Shown: positions 8,310-16,434 of the stretch, piece by piece | Numbering within the stretch: the first letter of the stretch is position 1 | Layout of the letters: every line of letters begins with the position of its first letter | Virus record (IMG/VR): IMGVR_UViG_3300032216_000682 | Coordinates: 1 to 34,719 of that record | DNA length: 34,719 nt | DNA from: a virus | Lineage: Duplodnaviria > Caudoviricetes | Reading direction: 5' to 3' (one strand) | Position numbers and translations under genes: made by a program | Notes under the pieces: generated by a model | What the model saw: only the letters and a program-made list of their open reading frames with translations | Database searches by the model: none | Told to the model about the DNA's origin: nothing

Positions 8310-8344
8310 TATCCGTTTTAGTTATCCTAATGCGTCGCATATAA
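8285..8344 (+). CDS. Putative 19-aa hydrophobic peptide MFVIIAKVISVLVILMRRI
   Basis: GAGG 7 nt upstream of the ATG; ends just before the terminator. Confidence 0.4.
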   Translation: MFVIIAKVISVLVILMRRI

Positions 8345-8367
8345 TCCGCTTACAGAACATCCTCTTT

Positions 8368-8395
8368 GGCCCGCCGTTATAGCGGGCCTTTTTTT
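8368..8395 (+). terminator. Rho-independent terminator of the early operon
   Basis: GGCCCGC-7 nt-GCGGGCC followed by T7. Confidence 0.88.
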
Positions 8396-8401
8396 ATCCG
8401 C

Positions 8402-10681
8402 TTATTTAACGCTAACTAGTTTAGGCGCCGGCGTTTCTTCTACCAGGCGTCGGAGTTCCGCTTTCGGTTTATCGGCCATATCGGCCGCTGCGTATATCTG
8501 TCTTTTGGTTGTCAGTTCACGTGTATTAATTCGCCCGCAATCAATCCAACCAGCTTCGCGTAGCGCATGCAATAGCGCCGCCGGTGGGATTCTTACGCCA
8601 GATGGCGCGCCACCTGCTAGCCGGTCGCACAATGGAAAGAAGGGCGAAGCGATTACTCCGCTTGCGAACTCGCCTAGCCGATTCGATATCAGATCAATCA
8701 GGTACGACTCGGCCATTGAGCGCCCTTGATCGATCATAATCGCTTTTGCTTCAGTCATTGGCGGAGTACCGGCCGGATTGAACGCGCTAACGTCCCGTTT
8801 AGCTAAGTAATCAGCGACCGCTGCGAACCCGTTTTGCGTTTGATACCAGCGCCATAATGCCAGGGCGTCAGTTTCAGGCAAGCGGCCCTCGTCAGACCAT
8901 ACACAGAACCATCGGCGGTCGTCAGAGGGGATACTGATAGCTGCCCTCTCGTTTGAGAAAGCGATAACGAAAACGCGATTCAGGGCCTGATAAGGGTGTA
9001 AGCCTTTTCGGTTAACCGATAAATACTCAGGAGGCGCCGCGATAATCGGCTTAAGCGCGTTTTCTAATGCGCGCCGGTCCTTCGCTTCGCTCTGTCTTAG
9101 TTCAGCAATCTCCATTACTTCGCACTCTAAGGCGTAACCCCATTGTGAATTCAGGTCTTCGTTACGGACTAGGCTACAGTTCAGTTTTGATTCACCACCG
9201 ATAGACCAGAAAAATGGTGCCAGCATAGTGTCTTTGCCGGATCCAGGGTGCCCACCGATTAGAATCGCGTGATTGATTTTCCGGTTCGGGTTTTGTACTT
9301 TGTACGCCAGTGCATTTAAAAAATGCTCACGCTCGAACTCAATGGGTATCATCCGGTTAACGTGAGCTAACCATAGGTTTACATCTCCCGCTTTGCCCGC
9401 TGGCCTTGCGTTTACCCATCGGTTGCCGTGCGTGCCGTTAACGATCACCGGCTCACCGGCGGCGTAGGTTATGCCTTGCAAGGCTAAAGCGCCCTTGTTA
9501 GCTCGGTTTTCGTCAAAGCAGGTAGATGCTTCGATCTTGCCGTTGTTGTGTATCGAGTTGCAGCCAATGTGTCGATACAGCGCGTTAAACGTACTGCGCC
9601 CCAGTTCACGACGAGTTATCAGGTCGAAATAGGCGTCGTCTTCCTGAACGTAAGCATAACGCTCATACCATGCAGCCTTTTCATCTCTGGCGCTCTGTTT
9701 GCGATCTGACTCAGCAATGATTATCTCGGTAGCATCGGGAAAGTCGTCGGTAGGCGTCAGTTTAGCTAATGCGGCGTCCATCGCTTTGGTTAGTAGCCCC
9801 TCACGTAAACCTGGCACGTGAGCTGGCCCTCCGTTAGCAGCTACCCAATCCAGAAATGCTTTAGAACCAAAACCTAAACAGTGCCCGTGATAACAGCAGA
9901 ACGCACGGTTAACCGGCATGTAACGCGCTTCAGGGTTACCGTCGGAATGCTCACCGGCATTCGGACAATGTACGGACAGCCAGCCCTCGGCGTTGGTTTT
10001 CGAGTAGACCATACCCTGCGCTGACAGCCAAGCCATAACGTCGTCGTTGCCGTCGTCGGTTAAGCGGATAGCTGATGGGCCATCGCTGACAGCTTCGCTC
10101 GGTGTTACTTCACAGGCTGCGCAGATTTGCTCTAAGGTGTACTCGCGCTCAGGGTGGAACTCAACTAAGCGCGCAACGAAATTACCACGCTTGAAGTTAA
10201 CCGCGCCAGGTAAACGGAAGTTGCGCACTGGATTATTAGCGCCAGGGTCGGTATAACCGGCGGCTGCCAATGCGTTAACGGCTGCGCAGAACTCACCCTT
10301 TGGCGGCTGCTCTGAGAATGCGTAACCCCATTGATAGTTGCCCTCAGACGTCTCGATAATCCACGTAGGGGCTAATGGTGGGGTTTTGGATTTGGTACCG
10401 ATGTCGTCTAGCATCATCGCTAACACGTACTCGACATGATGCTTAGAGGCTGAGGGTTTATTCTTATCTAGCCGGTCGCTAATAAACGATCCGGTATTGC
10501 CGAACCACGCTTGACCTTCTTTAACTAGGCTTGGGTTTGGTAAAAATGACGGCCAAGTGGCTTTGATTGCGCCGTCAGCGTGGAATTGAATCTCGCCGTT
10601 TTGTAAAATAGGCTTTTGTCGTACAAATAGCGCCGTTTCACCCTCTGGCGCTAGACTCATGAGATAATCCAGAAATTGCAT
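8402..10681 (-). CDS. Primase-helicase (RepB/primpol-like N-terminus, Zn-binding segment, SF3/DUF5906-like ATPase)
   Basis: MLDDIGTK and IETSEGNYQWGY primase motifs; CPNAGEH...CCYHGHC; Walker A GHPGSGKDT; FSNE and DRRW helicase motifs. Confidence 0.88.
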   Translation of the reverse strand: MQFLDYLMSLAPEGETALFVRQKPILQNGEIQFHADGAIKATWPSFLPNPSLVKEGQAWFGNTGSFISDRLDKNKPSASKHHVEYVLAMMLDDIGTKSKTPPLAPTWIIETSEGNYQWGYAFSEQPPKGEFCAAVNALAAAGYTDPGANNPVRNFRLPGAVNFKRGNFVARLVEFHPEREYTLEQICAACEVTPSEAVSDGPSAIRLTDDGNDDVMAWLSAQGMVYSKTNAEGWLSVHCPNAGEHSDGNPEARYMPVNRAFCCYHGHCLGFGSKAFLDWVAANGGPAHVPGLREGLLTKAMDAALAKLTPTDDFPDATEIIIAESDRKQSARDEKAAWYERYAYVQEDDAYFDLITRRELGRSTFNALYRHIGCNSIHNNGKIEASTCFDENRANKGALALQGITYAAGEPVIVNGTHGNRWVNARPAGKAGDVNLWLAHVNRMIPIEFEREHFLNALAYKVQNPNRKINHAILIGGHPGSGKDTMLAPFFWSIGGESKLNCSLVRNEDLNSQWGYALECEVMEIAELRQSEAKDRRALENALKPIIAAPPEYLSVNRKGLHPYQALNRVFVIAFSNERAAISIPSDDRRWFCVWSDEGRLPETDALALWRWYQTQNGFAAVADYLAKRDVSAFNPAGTPPMTEAKAIMIDQGRSMAESYLIDLISNRLGEFASGVIASPFFPLCDRLAGGAPSGVRIPPAALLHALREAGWIDCGRINTRELTTKRQIYAAADMADKPKAELRRLVEETPAPKLVSVK

Positions 10682-10702
10682 CTATTCCCCTCCGTTGTGT
10701 TT

Positions 10703-10730
10703 AGACCGCCCCGCTAGGCGGTCTTTTTTT
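10703..10730 (+). terminator. Terminator-like hairpin whose U-tract is on the strand opposite the flanking genes
   Basis: AGACCGCC-CCGCTA-GGCGGTCT then T6 on the plus strand. Confidence 0.6.
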
Positions 10731-11430
10731 ATAGTGAACAAACGCGGCAAGTAGTATTGCGTTTGTATTCTCGTAGTTTGCGGCCAGATTTAAACTCCTC
10801 GCCAAGCGATTCTAAATCAGCGGGCCAAGTATCGCGGCCTGGACTACGGAACGTATGGCCTAAATCTTTTTCTAGTTGTACACCACGTGCCCAAATAACG
10901 GGGTAATTGTTATACAAGTCGCGCCATTCGCCCAAACGCTGATACGGACAGAATGCGCAGTCGGTGCGTACTGGGATACTTACTCCACGGCTTTCAAGAT
11001 ACTTCCAGACGTCTTCCTCTTTCCAGCCCCATTCGCGCATCGGAAAACGTATTGATATGTCTTCCCCGTACAAGCCACGTCGGGCTTCTTCATCCGCACG
11101 TAAACCCACGTACAGAACTGAATCATCCGAAAGATCATCCATGTACTTAATGGTCGGCTCAATTTTTAAGACTCGCGTACACCAACGGGCAAACACGCTG
11201 GGAAGCATATTCATCTCTTTGATTGTGCCCTCAAGATCATGCTTGTAACGCACCCGCTTGATCGGTTTCCCCAGCATTTCCTCTAGTTTTTTCCAGTGGT
11301 CGTGCATTTCAGGCAGCTCATTACCTGTTTCGTTACAGATATATTCGTAATCACGTGGCTCAATCTCAGCCAAACGAAGCGCCAAAGCGGTACTATCTTT
11401 CCCGCCAGATAATCCAACAACATGGGTCAT
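10729..11430 (-). CDS. PAPS-reductase/DndC-like PP-loop protein with Fe-S-type cysteines
   Basis: SGGKDS PP-loop, ETGNE, RWCTRVLKIEP, VGLRADE, CAFCPYQ, terminal CRVC. Confidence 0.88.
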   Translation of the reverse strand: MTHVVGLSGGKDSTALALRLAEIEPRDYEYICNETGNELPEMHDHWKKLEEMLGKPIKRVRYKHDLEGTIKEMNMLPSVFARWCTRVLKIEPTIKYMDDLSDDSVLYVGLRADEEARRGLYGEDISIRFPMREWGWKEEDVWKYLESRGVSIPVRTDCAFCPYQRLGEWRDLYNNYPVIWARGVQLEKDLGHTFRSPGRDTWPADLESLGEEFKSGRKLREYKRNTTCRVCSL

Positions 11431-13376
11431 TTTCCGTACCTCGCCATAATTTCAGTTTCTGCATTCAATGGTAAACCCGCCGCCCAATCGGGCGGGGTAC
11501 ACATAACATCACGGAGTTTTGCAGCTGACAGTTCGGGTGTATTGGACTCTAGGACAATTTCATCGTGTACATGCAAGACTACATTATCCAGTTGGCGTAA
11601 AGAGTGCCGTAGCAAGTCGTTTGCGATTGCTTGCGTAATATTCTCACAGGCTAGACCCTTCCACAAGCGCGCCCTCGGCCATTCTTTTGCATCAGCTGCC
11701 GGTTTCCATGCAGCCTTTACATAACTGACACCATCGGCTTCTAGTTTAGCAAACGGATAGCACAGGATGCGGCCAGATGGCAGCGCGTACCACAAATGCT
11801 GCTTATCAAACAGGTACGTTACCCGACCGGCGGTGAATTCTCGGTTTGGATTTCGCATAGCGCGCATGTAGGCGCTCTCTAGCTTTGCCCAATACGACAC
11901 CGCCCACTGATTTGACCGACGCCAAGCGTCAACGATACGCCGCGCATCGGACTCCGGCACATGCAGACCATAAGCGCGACCCATAGCAGCGAAAGCGCCG
12001 ATGCCACCGGCAAAGCCAAGGGATAGAATAGCGACCTTGCCGATCTGGCGCTGGTCTTTGGTTATCTTATCTTCAGGTACTCGGTAGATACCGGCGGCTT
12101 CGCGGATGTAGATGTCACGGCCATCACGAAATACGTCTAGGACGTCTTCGGCTTGTTGGTCAGCTGACGCCCACGCAGTCACACGGGCTTCAACGGCTGA
12201 CCAATCAGAGACAACGAACGAATGGCCGTCTTCTGGAATTAGTGCGGGCCGGAGCATGCCTTTAAGAACATCTGTAACCCGTTTTCCAAATCTTGGGACG
12301 ATTGAGTGTCCACGTACCATAGCGTGGCGTACTCCGTCGGGGTCGTCGGCGCACTTTCGCGTGAAGTTGTGGACTTGCGCCCCATACGATGAAGCTCGTC
12401 CTGTAGCGCTTCCTCCAGCGAAGACGAAGGCCCCACGGACACGGTGATCCTCGACGTCGGCAAGCCCTGCGAGGCGGCTGAACTTCGCAACTGACGACGC
12501 CCAAAGATCGTCTGCGCATTGGATGACTTCAGCGACAGTGGCCGGAATCTCATCGGGGTTTTCCTTTGCAAAAACTAATAAGTTAGCGCGAACTGATTTA
12601 TCAATACTGTACTTCAGTTCGTCGTCTTTATACGTTTCCATCAGCTTCAACGCTTGTGGCCCAACTCTGGCCATCACCCATTGCTTCATTTTCGGGCTGC
12701 GCACTGAAGTGATTTCTTTTTCGGTGATCTCTTCGACGATACCTTCGATCTCTTCAAGCTCGATCGATGCGTAGTCGATCGCAGCACGCGCCAGAGGTAA
12801 ATCTAACTTAACACCTCGGTCGTTGATACGTTCGTTAACGTGGTAGTCGGCCAGCTCTTGATCTGATAGTGGACGCATAGCTTGCGAGACGGCACGCATA
12901 GCGCGCACGTCTTGCTCGCAATAGCGAACCATTTCAGCCATTAAGTCGGGCGAATCGTTAAACGATCCATCAGGGCGAGGGATGGAAAGTGCACGGATAA
13001 GCTGGCTTCCTCGGTGGTCTTTTCGCATGTTACTGCTGATGGCTCGTCCGACGTCTTCGAGGCTTCCAGGTAAGCAGTTAGCACGCGCTTGCGTAGCGGT
13101 GCAGTAGAACTGCTCGAGTTCAAAGTTAATTTGCAGTACGTACCAGAAAACAAGGCGCTCAAAAGCGGCATTGTGCGCGTGTATGCGCCCTCGGTGGTTC
13201 CGCACTGCATGTGGGAATTGTTGGTCTGGAGTCCAGGTGAGAACTTCACCATCATCAAAGGCGTAGGACATACAAAGTACATCTGTTGAGGCATCTTGTG
13301 CATAGTTATAAACTCCACGGGAGGATAGGTCGCAGCGACTGCGAGTCTCGAAATCAAGCCAAAGTATCAGCCCCAT
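11427..13376 (-). CDS. DNA polymerase family A with 3'-5' exonuclease (APSE-like phage type)
   Basis: ExoI LDFET, ExoII AHNAAFE, ExoIII YCEQD; motif A SDWSAVEAR, motif B RQIGKVAILSLGF, motif C HVHDEIV. Confidence 0.95.
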   Translation of the reverse strand: MGLILWLDFETRSRCDLSSRGVYNYAQDASTDVLCMSYAFDDGEVLTWTPDQQFPHAVRNHRGRIHAHNAAFERLVFWYVLQINFELEQFYCTATQARANCLPGSLEDVGRAISSNMRKDHRGSQLIRALSIPRPDGSFNDSPDLMAEMVRYCEQDVRAMRAVSQAMRPLSDQELADYHVNERINDRGVKLDLPLARAAIDYASIELEEIEGIVEEITEKEITSVRSPKMKQWVMARVGPQALKLMETYKDDELKYSIDKSVRANLLVFAKENPDEIPATVAEVIQCADDLWASSVAKFSRLAGLADVEDHRVRGAFVFAGGSATGRASSYGAQVHNFTRKCADDPDGVRHAMVRGHSIVPRFGKRVTDVLKGMLRPALIPEDGHSFVVSDWSAVEARVTAWASADQQAEDVLDVFRDGRDIYIREAAGIYRVPEDKITKDQRQIGKVAILSLGFAGGIGAFAAMGRAYGLHVPESDARRIVDAWRRSNQWAVSYWAKLESAYMRAMRNPNREFTAGRVTYLFDKQHLWYALPSGRILCYPFAKLEADGVSYVKAAWKPAADAKEWPRARLWKGLACENITQAIANDLLRHSLRQLDNVVLHVHDEIVLESNTPELSAAKLRDVMCTPPDWAAGLPLNAETEIMARYGK

Positions 13377-13957
13377 TGTGCCGCCATCGCGTCAGCAATG
13401 CCCTGATACGTCTCACTACGTATTTTCCAACGGTCTGCCGATGGCCCTAGCTTATTCTGGCCAGAATCCGTCTGATTACCCCACCGCTTTTTACCGTCAA
13501 TAATACGAGGTGCAATCATTTCTGTAGAAATTAACGGGGGTAAATCTTTCAGCCAAAGGCAAGTCTTTTTACTTGCGTTATGACCAAACATGTACGGCGT
13601 AATGATCTGGTCAGGCTTTCTAATGCGCGAACTAATAACGCTAATTGGATTTTCTAACGCGATACGCTTGATAGGCGCGTCCAATAGCAGACGCACAAAA
13701 TTAAGCGCATCTTCAGTCAGTTGCGGGTCACGCAAGCCTCGCGTAGTCCAGTGCATACCTGAAACGGACAAATATGTACATGGTGGGTGGGCGACCATTA
13801 AATCCCATCCATCGTTAATAATATCGGTAACGTCGCCCTGATAATGCGGCCCCGCTACGTCTGTAGGTAATAGATCACAACTCATAGCGTCATGCCCTGC
13901 GCGTATAAAAGCGTCACGGACACGGCCTGAGTATTCGCAAGCAATAAGTATTTTCAT
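13367..13957 (-). CDS. Short phage C5-cytosine DNA methyltransferase-like protein
   Basis: Motif I variant IACEYSG, SCD, QGDV, catalytic HPPC, ENP; only 196 aa. Confidence 0.8.
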   Translation of the reverse strand: MKILIACEYSGRVRDAFIRAGHDAMSCDLLPTDVAGPHYQGDVTDIINDGWDLMVAHPPCTYLSVSGMHWTTRGLRDPQLTEDALNFVRLLLDAPIKRIALENPISVISSRIRKPDQIITPYMFGHNASKKTCLWLKDLPPLISTEMIAPRIIDGKKRWGNQTDSGQNKLGPSADRWKIRSETYQGIADAMAAQWG

Positions 13958-13967
13958 AGGGATAGGT

Positions 13968-14032
13968 GGGGTACTTGCTTCGTCTGTAAGCGCCGTGCAT
14001 CCGCACTCGGTTCACAGCATCCGCTTTCCCCC
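13968..14032 (-). ncRNA. Putative structured RNA element with AGUA/GAA loop-E (sarcin-ricin-like) motif
   Basis: Minus strand GGGG-GAA-AGC-GGAUG-CUGUGA...GUGC-GGAU-GCAC...UUACAG-ACGAA-GC-AAGUA-CCCC; nested stems fill the intergenic gap. Confidence 0.6.
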
Positions 14033-14039
14033 GTTTTAC

Positions 14040-14660
14040 TTAGCTACGACGACGACGTGCTGGCGCTGCATCCTCGCCAGACTGTGACTCACCGGCTGCA
14101 CCTTCCATCGAAACCCACTCCACAACATCAAATTCAGGCGTGTAAATCTTGCCGTATGACTTGTGGTTGTAGAACGATTTCTTCAGCTGAACTACAGGCA
14201 CTGGGTTAGTTTGATCTAGCTCAACTTGCGCAGTAATACGTGCGGCCAATGCTGCAACGCCACGTAGGCCACCTTGGCTAGTTGTTGTGTAACGCGCTTC
14301 CAGACCTTTGTCTTTACCAGACACGCAACGAAGCGCAAAGCCTAATTGCTTTTCCCAACCCTTTTTGCAGCCATTTGGTGCTGGCTCCAGTTCAGGCAGC
14401 GGTTGCGCTATAGGCACCAACTTTTCAGCCAATACTTCACGATCACCCCAAGCGATAAAGCCGTGGACGAACGAGAACGGATTAATAGCCCATGTTGACC
14501 CAACTTCGGCTTCAGTTTGATCTGCACCAAATACCCAATTACCACCTTTGTCCATCTTTAGAATGGCAAAACCCGTAGGGGCAACTTCAGTCTCAAGGGT
14601 ACGTAATGCTGTGGTCAACGACGCTACGTTTGGAAGATTTGCTACTGCGAATGTACTCAT
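14040..14660 (-). CDS. Putative ssDNA-binding protein
   Basis: Sits between the DUF2800-like nuclease and Pol A; aromatic beta-rich (GNWVFG, FVHGFIAW, YGKIYTP); assigned by synteny. Confidence 0.6.
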   Translation of the reverse strand: MSTFAVANLPNVASLTTALRTLETEVAPTGFAILKMDKGGNWVFGADQTEAEVGSTWAINPFSFVHGFIAWGDREVLAEKLVPIAQPLPELEPAPNGCKKGWEKQLGFALRCVSGKDKGLEARYTTTSQGGLRGVAALAARITAQVELDQTNPVPVVQLKKSFYNHKSYGKIYTPEFDVVEWVSMEGAAGESQSGEDAAPARRRRS

Positions 14661-14679
14661 GTAAGTTTCCTTTAGTGGA

Positions 14680-15807
14680 CTAGATTTTAGAAAGGGCCGC
14701 AGCTAACTGCTTCCCGATTTGCAACACCGCTGGCCTCGAATCAGATTCCGGTGCCAACGTACTACCCGACGAAACCGATACGACTAATTTCGACGGTAAT
14801 TCCATACTATGTTTCTTTAAAACTTTTTCTAGCTGTGCGGGCGACTTTAATTTACGGTCATAAATAGCATCGACGTCGGTGAACATAAGGTTATACCAAT
14901 TATGAACTTCATTTTCATCAACCCATTGGCGCGTACCACGCTTGGCTACCAGTTTAAATCCTGGCACAGGTTGACCATTCTCAAGCATCTGCATTGCTAA
15001 CGCACGCAAGTCTTTGATGTAGTCTTCAATCATATCGGCTTGCGATAACTGCATAGCTATTTGATCGATCGGCAACGCTTGTAATTTGTTCTGCAATACG
15101 CGCTCGACTTGGCCTGTCATCTTAGGGCAAATTGGTTTAGCTGCGCACCACCGGCAATGGTCACCCGTATTAAATGTAGCCGCTTCGCTTTGACTAGCAT
15201 GTACCGCACGGCGCAACTCTTGCTCAAACAATGCAACCCGTTCTGGTGTTGTTACCCATCGACGAATTTCAGGTGGCTGCACGATGATACATTCAATTTG
15301 ATGAGCACCATCAAACACCCACTTAGCCGCTTCAGTTCGCATTGCGGCTGCCGCGTAGAATAGCAGTTGGTAATTCTCTTCAGCATCTACAAATACGCCG
15401 TCGCCAAACTTCCAATCTAAAACAATAGCGCGATTGCCAATGCGGCCAAGTAAGTCAGTGCTGCCGAACACGCCAGGTAGAAAATCGCCAAATCCCACTC
15501 TCGTTTCAACCATGTAATCCATTGAACCGTCGTGGTTGATTTCTTTAAGCGCCTCGAGCGCAAAGTTAAGTTTCTCATCAATTAACTCCTGAGTAAGTGT
15601 TTGCTCTTTATATTTCGTGCCAAGATATTTTTCAGGGGCTTCGTTAAATTCAAGCATATCAGCGATTACGTTATGCAGTAGCGTACCGCGATCGGCATGT
15701 TCGTTTGGGATGTCTTTTGATGGTATCTGTTGGACTAACTTAACAGAGGCTGGGCATGCTATGACGCGCTTGGCAGTGCTGCCACCTACGATGTTGGAAT
15801 GTTGCAC
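14680..15807 (-). CDS. DUF2800 / Cas4-like PD-(D/E)xK nuclease
   Basis: CPAS, RGTLLH, GSTD...VLDWKFG, QLLFYA, HCRWC...CP. Confidence 0.9.
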   Translation of the reverse strand: MQHSNIVGGSTAKRVIACPASVKLVQQIPSKDIPNEHADRGTLLHNVIADMLEFNEAPEKYLGTKYKEQTLTQELIDEKLNFALEALKEINHDGSMDYMVETRVGFGDFLPGVFGSTDLLGRIGNRAIVLDWKFGDGVFVDAEENYQLLFYAAAAMRTEAAKWVFDGAHQIECIIVQPPEIRRWVTTPERVALFEQELRRAVHASQSEAATFNTGDHCRWCAAKPICPKMTGQVERVLQNKLQALPIDQIAMQLSQADMIEDYIKDLRALAMQMLENGQPVPGFKLVAKRGTRQWVDENEVHNWYNLMFTDVDAIYDRKLKSPAQLEKVLKKHSMELPSKLVVSVSSGSTLAPESDSRPAVLQIGKQLAAALSKI

Positions 15808-15835
15808 TTTACTCTCCTTTACTGTTTGAACCCAA

Positions 15836-15865
15836 AGAATAAAACATTAAAGAATCTCTTGTCAA
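15836..15865 (-). promoter_or_regulatory. Sigma70 promoter of the replication operon
   Basis: TTGACA-18 nt-TATTCT on the minus strand; SD AAAGGAGAG downstream. Confidence 0.75.
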
Positions 15866-15887
15866 CATATTTTTTGTGCGGTATATT
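15859..15887 (+). promoter_or_regulatory. Sigma70 promoter of the VRR-NUC/helicase arm
   Basis: TTGTCA-17 nt-TATATT; expected +1 falls at about ATG 15894. Confidence 0.7.
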
Positions 15888-15893
15888 TCGGAC

Positions 15894-16190
15894 ATGCTAG
15901 AAAAAGAAATCGAAAACTACTTTGTCTGGACGGTCGAACATGCTGGCGGCAAAACGTACAAATTCAAGTCGCCAACACAACGTGGTGTAAGTGATCGCTT
16001 GGCGTGTATGCCTGATGGCTCAACGTGGTTTGTAGAATTGAAACGACCTAAGGGTGGCAAGTTATCGCCGCTACAAGTGATATTTCGAGATGACATATTA
16101 GATTTGCATCAGAAGTACGCGCTACTAAATACTAAGGAGATGATAGATGAGTGGGTTAAGTACAGAAGAAATTATCCGCATGGCGCGTGA
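15894..16190 (+). CDS. VRR-NUC domain nuclease
   Basis: MLEKEIE, GVSDR, FVELK, KLSPLQ; start moved from 15876 to ATG 15894. Confidence 0.9.
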   Translation: MLEKEIENYFVWTVEHAGGKTYKFKSPTQRGVSDRLACMPDGSTWFVELKRPKGGKLSPLQVIFRDDILDLHQKYALLNTKEMIDEWVKYRRNYPHGA

Positions 16191-16434
16191 AGCTGGCGCT
16201 TATACGCCTGAACGCTATCCAGAGGAATTTAGGATGGACGATGAAGACCTTAAAAGCTTTGCAGCTTTAATCGCAGCAGCAGAGCGCGAAGCGTGTGCAA
16301 AGGTGTGTGATGCAGAAATTAACCCAGAAAATTACGATAAATTCAAACCTATCACTCAATACCAAAGTGGTAGAGATATTACTGCTCAATATTTAGCAAA
16401 CGAAATCCGCGCTAGAAATAATAATGCAGCTTAG
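16147..16434 (+). CDS. Hypothetical phage protein (EIIRMAREAG...AEREACAKVC type)
   Basis: SD TAAGGAG; recurrent phage motif (recalled). Confidence 0.75.
   Translation: MSGLSTEEIIRMAREAGAYTPERYPEEFRMDDEDLKSFAALIAAAEREACAKVCDAEINPENYDKFKPITQYQSGRDITAQYLANEIRARNNNAA

Noticed and set aside
8344-8404. 9-bp direct repeat ATCCGCTTA flanking the terminator, as a target-site duplication
   Set aside because: Too short, with no mobile element between the copies; may be chance.
10729-11430. Calling this cysH or a complete Dnd system
   Set aside because: No sulfur-pathway context, no ECGLH-type C-terminal motif, and no other dnd or ssp genes.
13958-14039. tRNA gene or terminator in the SSB-MTase gap
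   Set aside because: No cloverleaf with a 7-bp acceptor stem and no U-tract after the stem; kept as an unclassified structured RNA.
14680-15807. Cas4 as part of a CRISPR system
   Set aside because: No array or other cas genes; this is the usual replication-module nuclease.
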